Origin: Vicugna vicugna
Taxonomy: Eukaryota
DNA: 64,000 nucleotides
NCBI GenBank assembly: GCA_013265495.1
Contig: MU058423.1
Coordinates: 3,921,061-3,985,060 of the forward strand
Reading direction: 5' to 3'
Both the position numbers and the translations under genes were made by a program. Of this stretch, positions 26,095 through 38,012 are shown piece by piece; position 1 is the stretch's first letter; the number at the start of each line of letters is the position of its first letter. The notes under the pieces were generated by a model. It ran no database searches. It saw only the letters and a program-made list of their open reading frames with translations, and was not told the DNA's origin.

Positions 26095-26350
26095 GAGTAT
26101 GGAGTAGTCCGGTGGTAGGAAGTGTGGCTCTGAGCCACACTGCCTGGGCTGGGGACCCAACTTAGCTGTTTCCTTGCTGTGGACCTTTGACACTTGGCTT
26201 CTCTCTGTGCTGTAGTTTCCTCATTTGTAAAGGGAGACAAATAATAGCACCTACCTTACAGAGTGGTTGTGAGCATTACATGAGTTAATACATGAGAAGT
26301 ACTTATAACAGTGCCAAGTCTGTAGTAAATGCTGAGAGATGGCAGTTTTG
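26095..26350 (+). mobile_element. MIR SINE, near full length
   Basis: ggctctgagccacactgcctggg...gtttcctcatttgtaaagggag...cacctaccttacagagtggttgtgagcattacatgagttaatacatg. Confidence 0.88.
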
Positions 26351-29300
26351 ATAGTAATTACTTTGTGGTAGGGCAGGTTATTTAATATTGGACATTTTGT
26401 CATGTGCAGGAGAATCAATAACTTTTGCCAGTTATTTCTTTGAAAAGAGACCTAGAATTTTATGTTGAATTCCAGCTGAAGCTAGAAGTTACATTATCAC
26501 AGTCGTTTCCAGACTTGCCTTATTCCTTGCTTATCTGATGGCTTCCAAGACATTTTGCTTATCTTTAAGAAGAGACACAATCGACAGTGGTGGTTGAGGG
26601 TGTTTTGGGGAAGTTAGCAGTGTTTGTGATTGCAGTAAAGAAGCAAAGAAAGATGAGCTCCCAAGGTTGAAAGCGTGTATTGCGGAGTTCCATTCAAGCC
26701 AAGAAAGATGTGAGGTGTGAGTTTGCATTGTGACTTACTTGCCCATTTAAAACATTCCCTCTTTATTAATAATTGTAACTAACCTTTATAAATAATATTT
26801 ACAATCTCTTTGCGGTTGAGTTTGCTTTTTCTTGTCTTCTGTTGTGTGCCAAGAAATTTATCAATCTGTGATCTTGACTGCTTTTATAAATATAGTAACG
26901 TGTTAGATGCAAATCCTGGCAATTTCTTTTGGGTTTTTTAAATATAGCAAGGTATTTTCATAAGTTTGTACTTTTCTTCCTGAGACAGGTGTTGGTTTCA
27001 GGAAAATAACACTTTTAAGAGGCAGATCAATTATTTCAGGAACACGGAGGTGCTAAGGCCTTTGTCAAGAACATGAGATCATAAATCTCAAGAAAATCTG
27101 AGAACTGGTGTAATATTTTTCACCTAAAGTGGCACTCAAGGTCAGAGTTACCAATTAAATTTTAATACTGAGCTTTAAAAATTTCCTTCTGTCTTAGTAT
27201 GAAAGATACAAGATTTATTTTAGTTTGCATGTGGCAAAAATGTATACCAGGGCGTGTGTTCTTTTAATCAAGTCCATGTTTTTAGACTGTTGCAAAATTG
27301 TCTCATATTTGTGGAACTCATAGCATCTTGTATTTAAGTTCACAGTCACTAACTTCTAAAAAATTCAGGCTGTTGTTCTGCGTGAAGATTAGATGGAGTA
27401 GATGGGAAAGGCTTAGGTGCCCATCCTCCTTCTGATCTTAAGTTACTCATGTGATTTGTGATAACCTTGAAAAGTCAATGAACAGATAATGGTTACATTG
27501 ATAAAAAAGAGTTCTTTCTGGGAGCTCCTGCTTCTCATGTGCTCATTGTTAAACTCTTGATTACAAAGAGAAAAATGTGGCTTCAAAACCGTCTTTTCTC
27601 ACTCACTGAGGGGACGTCTTACTGTTCCTTAGCAGGGACATCTTCAAAGATGGTCACTTTCCCTTTCAGGTGGGTAGGATTGATATATAATGCCATTGCT
27701 GTTTCTTCTCGTATGAAGAAAGGAGAAGAAATCTTTTTTTCATTACCGTCTTTGTGTCTTGTACAACAATAAGCACCAGCAATGCCATTAATTATAAAAC
27801 ATGGCCCCTCTCCACAGTTTATATTCTGCCTAAGGAAGGAGTAGAAACAGGCATAAAGTCTTGATTGCATAAATGCATGTACATAAGTGTACATATAAAA
27901 TATTTTAATATTCTGTCTTACACACTGATTCATTATGGTATGGCATAGTGTCATAAAAACAATTAGGAAATAGTCTGGTAAACATATAAAACACTTAATT
28001 ATGTAACGTGTGCACAAAAGCAAAAGGAATCGGAAGGAAGAGAAGCCAGTGTGGGCTAAGATTGCTTATGAGCCGAGTCTATGTATGTTTTCATTTATAT
28101 AAATAAAATTTTTATGCTGGTTTTTTTTTGCATTGAATTACAATTTAATACAGTTTTCCTTAATGTTTTAATTTCAAAGGATTGGTAACCTCATTCTAAA
28201 TCTAAACAGGATTGTTGACTTGAGATTTGCTTTTAAGCATAGTGCCAATTTGCTCAATAGAGAAATTTTGTCTTTTTAATTTCCAAATAGAAAACATTGA
28301 TGAGAAAAATAGCAACCCAGGATTTTTAAAATAACTGGTCTAAAAGCACAGTTGTCTCCCCCACCCCTTTTTTTGGAGGGAGACATGTATATTCCTGAAG
28401 TTTTTAGTAAATGAGCTTTTGTCCGTAATAAACAGGTAACAAAGTATCCACAGATTACAATATTTCCTTATTAATCAACCTTCTGCTCTTTTCTGTCACC
28501 TCGAAAACTAATTTCTCGTCAAACGTAATTCCTAATCTAAATATTGGGAGCATAATTGTAAATGTGTAAAAATATATTTCACATTGAAAGAATGAACTTG
28601 AAAAGACTGGGACAATAGAACCCAGTGATTAAGATTCATTGCAGAGAAATGAGAAATCCAGGCTGCGTACGAGTGCAGGGGCGCCTGCTCTGCTTTTTAA
28701 AATCGCTGATTTTCTCAGGCTTCTATTAAACTGTGGACAGTCGGGCTGGTTTTGCACTAAGGCGGTTGATCCCCCGGTAGCTGTTTTCAGGACTGCCTTT
28801 CTAATTCCTTTACGATGATGACAGATTTCTGAAAGGCACATCATAGTCCCTCCTTCACATCTTTTTTTGTGTTTGGGGAGGATTTCTTTTTCCCATAGAA
28901 GTCTCATCCCAAGCTCACGAAGGGTCACTGTAGCTGTCATCTGGCAGGTTTGCCCACGCCGTTCAGGGACCTCCAGTGTCGGAACAAGGGCAAGGTGACT
29001 ATCTGAAGACACAGGGGACTTTAGGTGAGAAACACAGCATCAGTAATGTGCTTACTGAAATTACCAAACATTTGGCGTATTACATACAGAGCCAACTTCT
29101 GGATCATTTATACCCTTCTAATGTATAATTTCTGTTATGATAATAATTATGTCTTCAGAAAATATAGTGTGTCTGTTACATATTTAGAGAAATATTCTGA
29201 AAAGGATGTCTTGAAGCCATAAAGTGCTTCTTACCATTTATCATAGATAAATCACTCCTCACTGGGAAGTTCAGGTGTGGCTTGGACACCGTTTGCTCTC

Positions 29301-30190
29301 TGTGGCCCTGATAGTCAGGTACCATTTCATCACAGAAGCAGAGGAACATGCCGTGTGATGCTAGGTAGACAGAGAAACATCAGAAATTTCTTATGAGCGA
29401 GCAACCTCTGAGAATCAGGCAGTCTGGTTTCAGAACTTTAGTCTGAAGTGCAGTACATGAAAGGAACCAATTGAGTCAAAACTGTTGGCTTCAAATAACA
29501 ATATTTGGTACAAGTAATATCCAGCTGATACCGGGAAAGGGGACATTGATAAAGGAATCCTTAATATCCTAATTGTTTACAGTCTTAGAGTCTTTCTATA
29601 CACAGAGAGTGGTTATCAAATTAATTAGAACATTGGAATGGAGTTTGTGGAATTTATTTTGGAATGACTCAGACTGCCAATTATTTATCATTCGCATATT
29701 CAAATGAAGTTGACTTTTATATTTTTAATTTGAGTGAAAAGGAAAGATGATGTTAGGTTCTTATAACTATTTTTTTTCACAGGAGATATTGCTTTTGAGA
29801 TGCATTTTCTCCTGCAGAGATGTTAGAAATTTACGGAAATTTCCCTGTCTTTGAGGACCTTGGAACTTTGTTGGAGAGAGAAGACCTACAAACATAACAT
29901 GTCAGACAGTAATGGTGTGTGGTATCTGATGGACCCCCCCCAAGTGTGTGTGGTCGCTTGTGACTGGTGTCGTAGGCTGACTGGGAAGGCAGGATCGGGG
30001 GGAATCTCTGGGAATTAAACAAGCACAAGGGACATGGAGACGAGGTGTCTGACAAGCACATCCATAGAAGTGCATTTACACAGAGCTACAGATGTTTAAG
30101 TAAAGTTATCAGTCTCTTACTCGGTTTGGTGTTCTGACCTCAGTTCAGTGTGCTGTTGTTCGTCGAGTGGCACAAACCCATTTCAAACTG

Positions 30191-30670
30191 CAGGCGGTCC
30201 CCAACGTAGGATGGTTCAACTTAAGGTTTTTTGACTATGACGGTATGAAAGCATTATGCACTGCATAAAAGCTTTATTTTGAATTTTGAACTTTGATACT
30301 CTCCCCGGGGTAGTGATGTGTCGTACGATGCTCTCAGTGACAGTGGGCAGGGGCAGCGAGCCGCGGCTCCCCATCAGCCCCACGATCGCATGGGTGAGCA
30401 ACTGATACCCTTACCACCACCCTGTGTTTCACTTTCAGCACAGCATTCAGGAAATTTCATGAGCTGTTCAACACTTTATTGTACAATAGGCGTTACGTTA
30501 GATGACTTTGCCCACTGTAGGCTAATGTAAGTGTTCTGAGCACATTTAAAGTCAGCTGGGCTAAGCTGTGATGTTCAGTAGGTTAGATGTATTAAATGCA
30601 TTTTCAGCTTATGATGTTTTCAATGTACGATGGTTTATCGGGATGCACCCCCCTCATAAGAGGAAGATCT
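30191..30670. mobile_element. Tc1/mariner Tigger-family non-autonomous DNA transposon (MER47/Tigger5-like)
   Basis: Terminal cag..gtccccaacgtaggatggttcaact and internal tgtaggctaatgtaagtgttctgagcacatttaaa...gtattaaatgcattttc; ends at a TA. Confidence 0.8.
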
Positions 30671-31080
30671 ATAGTTTAAGGGGAAAAAAGAAGGGAGGAT
30701 TTATTGACTTAGGCAACTAAAATGGAAAGTGGCTTCAGGCAGAGTTAGATCTAGGGGCTCAAATGATACCATCAGGTTCCGTTTCTCCTTGTCTCTCAAT
30801 TCTCCTCCTCTGTTGATTTTCTCATTCGGAAGCAGAGTTGGCCACTAGTAACTCTAAGTGTACCTTGTCCTCCCAGCTAGTAATCCCAAAGGAAACAGAA
30901 CAGCTTTCCCCTGTAAATCTAGCAAAAATCCCAAGGTGTCTTTAATTGGTCTGGCCCAGACCTCTGCCCATCTCTGAGGCCATCATGCAGCCAGGGTACC
31001 GTGTGATGGGCTATCCTGGCTCCTGTGCCCACTTGCAACGTGGGAAGAGGGGCTGACCCAGCCTGTGGGGCATGACATTT
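30671..31080. mobile_element. MaLR LTR (old MLT1), interrupted by the Tigger element
   Basis: aagggaggatttattgact...ggcttcaggcagagttagatctaggggctcaaatgat. The upstream part aaacccatttcaaact lies at 30174-30189. Confidence 0.6.
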
Positions 31081-31709
31081 ATTTTCCATAAGAAAGAACA
31101 GCTCTGTTTACAAAAGGGTGGGGGAAGGAAAATAGAGAAGCTTCGTTGGAGCAGATTATAACGTAAGTCTGTTACTGTGTGTTTCAGACATCTTCCTCCG
31201 TGCGTGTCCGGTGGCTGGGTTTTCCACCTCTCCTAGCCTGTCCTTTTTCCACTTGTAGGCCCTTCTGTTTGATTGTTTTCTAGTATCAGACGAGGTTAAT
31301 GTGGAGGACGTACCTAAAATAGGAATTGGAGCCTCTCGACAAAGGCTCATCCCTGCTCACAGTGTTAGTTTGCAGGGATACCAAGAAAACAACTGGCCTT
31401 ATCTCATAGTATCTTCTTGTAACCCTGTCACTGTACCTGAAATTTCAGTGTTACACTCGTTTAGATGGAGTCACTCCAGTGTTCCACGGTGGCCTGCGCA
31501 CACCTGCGTGTCCACTGGTCCATCCGATTGGAGAGCTGAGGGAACAAGACCTAGCACAGCCCGTTCTGTGGAGGCAGGTGGGGAGGGTCAGGATGAGAGG
31601 CTGGAGAGCCAGAGAATGCAGCCACTGAGACGGACGTGTACGTCTAACCTGCCTCCGTGGCAGTGAAGGAGTCAGGAGTCAGGAAGAATCTTCCCCAGTT
31701 TTGTCTGTG

Positions 31710-31863
31710 CTTTGGCGCCTTGGTATCCCCACAGGATTGGTTCCAGGATGCCCTGCAGATACCAAAATCGACAGATGCTCAAGTTCCTTAGGTAAAATGG
31801 CGAAGCAGAGTCGGCCCGCTCCGTCTCTGGGTTCTGCGGGCGCAGATAGAGGGGCCAGCTGTA
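31710..31863. mobile_element. Short Tigger2/MER2-related MITE
   Basis: ccttggtatccccacaggattggttccaggatgccctgcagataccaaaatc...gatgctcaagttcctta; ends gagggg-ccagctg-TA. Confidence 0.75.
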
Positions 31864-31914
31864 CGGGGTACTTTCTCTTACGTGGACACTTTCAATCGTC
31901 AGAGGCAGCCCCGC

Positions 31915-32150
31915 GCAGCCGCTTAGACTGAGCTCTCTGCAGTGGCAGAGACCCGGGTTTGTGTCCTGCCCTTCCTTCCGCTTACTGGTTGTGTAATCGT
32001 GGGCCAGGAAACCTGTTTGATCATCTCTAAAATGGAAACAATAGTAGCAGACACCTCTTGCTGTCATTGTGAAGATTAAATGAGGTTATAGGCAGAACAT
32101 CCACCAACAAGGTTCAGCACGTAGTAAAGTGCTCTGTATATGAGTGATGG
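31915..32150 (+). mobile_element. MIR SINE
   Basis: gacccgggtttgtgtcctg...tcatctctaaaatggaaacaatagtag...ttgtgaagattaaatgag. Confidence 0.7.
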
Positions 32151-32186
32151 TGGCGGTGCTGGTTATTACGCATACTTACACACCCC

Positions 32187-32738
32187 TATATTGTCTATTG
32201 CTGTGTAACATGCTAGCATAAATTTAGCAGCTTAAAATGGCACATACTTTTTATCTCAGTTTCTGTGAGTTAGAAGTCTGCTCATGGTTTAGCTGGGTCT
32301 TCTGCTCAGGGTTTCTCCCAAGACCTCACTCAGGATGCTGTGTCTCATCTGAAGGATCAGCTGAAGAAAGATCCATTCCCAGCCCAGCTGACCTGTGTAA
32401 CTGTTGGGGGGATTTGGGTCCTTCTGAGCTGCTGAACTGAAGCCCCAATCCCTAGCTTGCTGTTGGCCAGAAGCTGTCCTCTATTCTTTGCCACATGATC
32501 CTCCCCAAAATGGCTGCTGGCTTCATCACAATGTGCCAGCCAAGAGGGCAATGGAGTCTCCTAGAAGGGTGGAAAATTAAGTCTTATGTGACACGATCAT
32601 GGAAATGACATCTTACCACCTTTCTGTTGGCCAGAGGCAAGTCACAGGTCTTGCCCACATTCAGGAAAGGCAATTATACAAGGGTTAATGCCAGGAAGCA
32701 GGAACTATTGGGGTTCATCTTAGAGTCTGTCTGCCACA
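32187..32738. mobile_element. MaLR solo LTR (MLT1E/F/G-like)
   Basis: ctattgctgtgtaaca...aaatttagcagcttaaaa...ttatctcagtttctgtgagttagaagtct...gaggcaagtcacagg...catcttagagtctgtctgccaca. Confidence 0.85.
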
Positions 32739-33607
32739 AACTGTAAGAGGAGATATTGCTATTTTTCAGTGGAGGGAACCAAAGCTCTGAGAGGTTAAGT
32801 AATTTACCCAAGGTCACACAGCACCTGACGAGGACCAGGATTTAATGGACCTCATTCTTCTGCAGTTTACTCCTCTAGATCCAGAGACCTCATTCCTCTA
32901 GAGATCTATGCACCCTCTTATGCCAACCTTTGGACAGAGGAAAGCTTATTTCCTGAAGTTTCGCTGTGTAGTACAGGACAAATTAGCAGTGTGATCTGGT
33001 CTGTTTTGCAGAGTTCATTAGTGGCTGCTGTTACATACAAAGCAGATTTATGGGTGATTTTATTTTATGCATTGTTAATTTTGAAAATGTTAATCTGAAA
33101 TTGCTACAGTATTTCAATTAATTTGGACGATTAAAACTTAGCACCAGAAGAGTCCCTAGCAGAAGATAAGGCAGCTAATTAGGGGATCTGAAACAAACAA
33201 CTGTAGATGCTGGCACTGAAATGTGCTGGGTGGATGACACGCAGCAGAACTCACTCTGCTGAGCAGTTTTGAAATGGAAAGAATGATTTCTGGCAGTCTC
33301 AGTATTCAACTTGAATGTGTTGATGTTTTTTTCAAAGTCATTTTAAGGAGTTAACTGTTTAACTTAATGTGTAATTTTTTAACAACATGCAGTTTGGGAA
33401 AACTGCTGTCATACTCCTTTAAAATATCTTGTGGGTAAAAGTGGTGACAAACACCATACGTTTTATTGTCTACATATTTTTCCTGTCACTTAGGATTTTT
33501 CATAATTTTATGTATATTGTTTTGGTATTTTCTCTGAATTTAAAGGTGAAATAGCATATACTTAAAAAAATAACACTTGACCCTCTTAGACGAATTAGAG
33601 TTTTGAT

Positions 33608-33872
33608 CCTTGTGCACTACGGGCGGGAATGTATATTGGTGCGGCCATTGTAGGAAACAGCATGGAGGTTCCTCAAAAAACTTAAGATAGAACTATCATA
33701 TGATGCAGCCATCCCACTCCTGGGCATATATCTCAAAAAAAAAGAAAATGCTTATTCAAAAAGATACATGCACCCCAATGTTCATAGCAGCACTATTTAC
33801 GATAACCAGGACACGGAAGCAACCCAAGTGACGCAAATGCCCATCAACAGATGAATGGATAAAGAAGATGTG

Positions 33873-33921
<49 letters not shown>

Positions 33922-34399
33922 TTACATATATTATATGTATTATATATAATATAATGGACTATTACTCAGCCATTAAAAAAGAACAAAATTCTACCATTTG
34001 CAGCAACATGGATGGACCTAGAGGATATTATGCTTAGTGAAATAAGTCCGACAGGGAAAGACAAATACTGTATGATATCATTTATATGTGGAATCTAAAA
34101 GGTAGTACAAATGAGTGTATATGCAAAACAGAAATAGACTCACAGATACAGCAAACAAGCTGGTGGTTACCCAAGGGGAGAGGGAAGGTGAGCAGGTCAA
34201 ATTACCGGTATGGGATTAAAAGATACAAACTACTGTGTATAAAATAGATAAGCACCGAGGATAGCTGGTATAGCACGGGGAATTGTAGTCATTAGAATAA
34301 CTTTTAATGGAGTATAATCTGTAAAAATACTGAATCTCAGTGCTGTCCACTTGAAACTAATACAGTATTGTAAGTCAACTGTTCTTCAACTGAAAAAAA
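33608..34399 (+). mobile_element. 5'-truncated L1: ORF2 C-terminal remnant plus 3'UTR
   Basis: ggaaacagcatggaggttcctcaaaaaac, caccccaatgttcatagcagcactattt, gcagcaacatggatggacctagagg and the terminal gtaagtcaactgttcttcaa followed by an A run. Confidence 0.93.
33875..33912. repeat. (GT)19 microsatellite followed by an imperfect (AT)n, inside the L1
   Basis: Seen directly. Confidence 0.95.
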
Positions 34400-35159
34400 T
34401 TAGTTTTACACTTTAAAAATTTTGTTCTTTAAAAATTCAGAAAATATAAGGGGGTATAGAAAAGTTTCCTGAAAAAATTGCCTGTAATCTCCTCATTCAG
34501 ATAATCACCCTTTACATTTGTATTTGGTTATATATTTTTTTCTAATACTTGTTTTCCTTGTGGGTAGCCATATGTTATAAAATGTCTGTATTTGCAATTT
34601 GGTGTCCCTGCTTTTATCACTTGACTTTGTTTCAGGAGCATATTTGTTTATTCATTCCTTCGTTCAACCCTTTGACAAGTATGCAGGCTTGGTGTTACGT
34701 TTACAGGGTGAACAAGAAGTGTTTTCCTTCACACAACGCACAGTGTCATGGAGCAAAGGTAACAGTGTCAGATTTGAGATCAGGGAAATACAGGGGCTGT
34801 GCTTAAAAGGGCACATACTTTATATGTGAACGTCAAGAAATAGCATCTAGACTGAAACCCAGGTTATGAGTAGGGGGTCAGCCGAGCAGGAATGGAGATG
34901 ACAGGGTTGCAGGTAGAGGGAACGCCTCCAGCAAAAATCATGTATTAAAATTTTTTCTGGCTTACTCTTTGTTTCTATATAGAGTTTTAAATTTGCATGT
35001 GATCATAGTTAATTGATAGTTTATTTATGGCCTTTTTTGTTGCTTTTATGCTTAGAAAGTGCTCCCATTCTGATTTTTGTCAAGTGTTTACTTCTAGCTT
35101 TAGTGTTTAGTTTATATAGCATTTGGCCCATGCCATTTAACTTTTTTTTTAATCTTTTA

Positions 35160-35265
35160 AAAATGATGAATATGTCTGTTATAACCTTGATGATGACAAT
35201 GGTTTCACAAGTGTACACATATGTCCAAACATCAAATTGTATACACTAAATATATACAGTGTAGT
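35160..35265 (+). mobile_element. Old L1 (L1MC/MD-type) extreme 3' end
   Basis: atggtttcacaagtgtacacatatgtccaaacatcaaattgtatacactaaatat. Confidence 0.75.
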
Positions 35266-37169
35266 TTTTTAAATATTAATCATTTAACTTATTTTTATTT
35301 AAGTAATAGATTAAAATTCTATGAGCTGTGTCAAGTACATCAAAGTATTTTCAAGGATTTATAGTACATTTTACAAAATGTAAATTTACCTTTTGTGTAT
35401 GTCACTGAACAACCACATGACATTGTTTACTTTTTATTTAGTACTTTATTATACATATATTTTGCTCAGACCATAAATTATCTTGTGCAAAATATATCAC
35501 AAGATATGCTCTGTATAGACAGTAAGGGAATAATATTTGAAACAAATACAGGTACTTAATATTGAGATAATCGGGCTTTTTTGTTTGTAAACTATTGTAA
35601 ACTAAGATCACCTCTCCTAAGTTTTTTTGGAAGTAGGAGGGAAAAACACTTGGTGGCTATTCGCTTGAGTTCAGGGTGTCTCCCACCTCCTGTCAATCTC
35701 TCTTCCCCTTGTAATATACATCCTCCTTCATTCTACGATCTTTTCTCATCTTAATTTACATAGCTGCTCCTGGAGGTAAGATTAGACCTATTATTTTAAA
35801 AGACCTTTAGTTTCAATAATTTTTCATCAATGTAAAAAAAATAATTAAACTTCTGCTTTATTTGAAAAATGCCATAGATACATTTTCATTTCCAAAACAA
35901 GGTAGAAATTCTACATTTAAGAGCTCTAGTTTGGGAAGTTATGTATGTTGCCATGAAAACATTAGGTGTTTAACAGATAGTCTTTCTTGGGGGAGCCGGT
36001 TGTAAGCAGGTTGAAAAGCAACTTTGATTTCTACCTGGCTTATTGCTCCTAATGATCTGTTCATGAAACATGCCTCTGGATGTCCAGATACCAACAGTTT
36101 TGCTGTAGCTTCTTACTATTTTAAGTGGCTCAAAGGAATCATGTGATGCCTTTAATTCAGGACAGAAGTTTTCTTCCTGGGACTAAGAATTATTCTTTCA
36201 GTTTGTTTAGAGCGCATCCAAAGGATGAGTTAGTTGAAAAATGAAAATACTCACGTGCTTCTCCATTCCACCTACTGTTGTATTGCTCACATGATTAACT
36301 TTTAACTCCCAGAAGAAGAATCTTGCCATTTAAAAAATGTATTGCCATGCTTTGGGGATCTCGTAGTTCAGAAGTTATGTGTCTTCCATTTAAATTCAAA
36401 CAGCAGCCAAGAACAGAATCTGGCCAATGGTTTTGAAAAAGAACAAAATGGCAACACCTTCTTGGAATCTCAGACTGTTCAAGGATGTATTTTTCTAGCA
36501 AAACAGGAAGAAATGGGAAAAAAAGCATATGGACTCAGGTTGAGCATATGATGTGTTTTCAACTTGAATCGGCACTTTACTCATATTTGTAGTGTGACTT
36601 AAAATTAATTTTGGTGAAGCATTTAGATTTGAGAGAGAGGGAAAAAAAATCCCTATCTGGAACTAAATCAACATTTGTGGCATCTCATTAATCACTGCCT
36701 TATGTAACCACTTTTCCCACCTAAAGAGAAGCCACTGGGATGAGAAAAGTTGATGATATTAATGCCAAGCACAGATCTTGCCTTTCCAAAACGGAGTTCA
36801 TTAATCATCATCGAAGCACAAGAACAAACATACTTCATGTCTCTTGCCAATTTTTTTCAATAACATTTCTGAAAGGCAAAAAAAAAATAAATAACCCTCT
36901 TATTTTCCTATTTTTTATCTTCATTTGAAAAGGTTTTAATTTGGCTGTTATTTAATTTGTGATAATGTTATGTAGATTTAACACACTCTGAGAATACCCG
37001 TGCGTAGCATACAGCAGTAGAGTGTGCTGATTGAGTTCAGGCTTCTCAGTCAGAGACATCTAGATACAGATTCCTGGCTCTGTTACTTCCTGCCTGTGTA
37101 GTAACAACTTGCAAAGCACTTCAGACACAGTGCTGGGCTCAGGGTAGCTGGTCAATAACCAGCAGTGAT

Positions 37170-37365
37170 GGAAATTCTCAGTCTCACTGGCAGAAAGCAA
37201 GTATGGGCTTGAAGTTTGAAAACATGGATTTCAATCCAGGCTTCTGGGTGAATCTGTGAGCAAGTCAATAGCCTCAGTTTTTTCATCTGTAAAATGGGAG
37301 CAGACATAGTTGCCTAACCTACATCATAGGATTATCAGTTGGCACAAATGAGATAATGCTCTAAT
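37170..37365 (+). mobile_element. MIR SINE
   Basis: gcctcagttttttcatctgtaaaatggg...cctacatcataggatt...aaatgagataatg. Confidence 0.75.
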
Positions 37366-37917
37366 CAACACAGAAAACTGAACCTAGTCATGGTATACCT
37401 TTTACTTTTGACACAAGTTTTAGGTGCCAAGTTGTGAAATCTTCATTATCTTGTCATTTATTTCAGCCTCCTACTGTTAGCACTATGTGGCCGATGAGTA
37501 GTTTTGATGGATTTAGGTCAGGCTTGTGGTTACTACATCTTCTATGCAATTTTTTTATTACCATTTATGAGAAACTTCACTATTCTTTGTAACATTGTTT
37601 TTATATCTTTTCCCCCATCTTCTAATTTAAAAAAAAATGTTTACAAGTAAGAAAAACTGAGTAACGTGGCACTGAGCCAATAGATGAAAGTGATGACAAT
37701 CTTAAAAAAAAAAAAGATAATACAAACCACATGGAGAAAACAGAAGCACCAATTCAAATAAGCATAAATAGGGGGAAAAGAAAGCTTGTGTGAGATGGCT
37801 CCTGCCTGCTCTTGTTTACAACCTGTTGGCTACCAAGTGTCAGAGGTTGGAATGGATGGATGGTGACATGTTCAGGTCCTTTGAAAAATGAGTTGATTTC
37901 TTACTTGACTGTGTTAG

Positions 37918-38012
37918 AAGACTTGCCTTTCCTGTTCATTTCTGTGGTCCCTGCTATTAGGAGCATTGTTAAAAACCAAAAGAAGGACAGGAAGTTCTCC
38001 GGTGATGGTTGA
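37918..38012 (+). CDS. VAV3: Candidate alternative terminal (or poison) exon of VAV3
   Basis: Tandem acceptor TAG/AAG at 37915-37920, phase-1 compatible with exon 19. Encodes (E)DLPFLFISVVPAIRSIVKNQKKDRKFSGDG*. It resembles a C-terminus I recall from a short human VAV3 transcript (unverified recollection). ATTAAA at 38242-38247 is followed by a U-rich tract. Confidence 0.5.

Noticed and set aside
33855..34037. ORF MDKEDVGCVCVC... and similar ORFs at 44139-44438 and 57451-57654
   Set aside because: Translations of L1 3' sequence and microsatellite, not genes.
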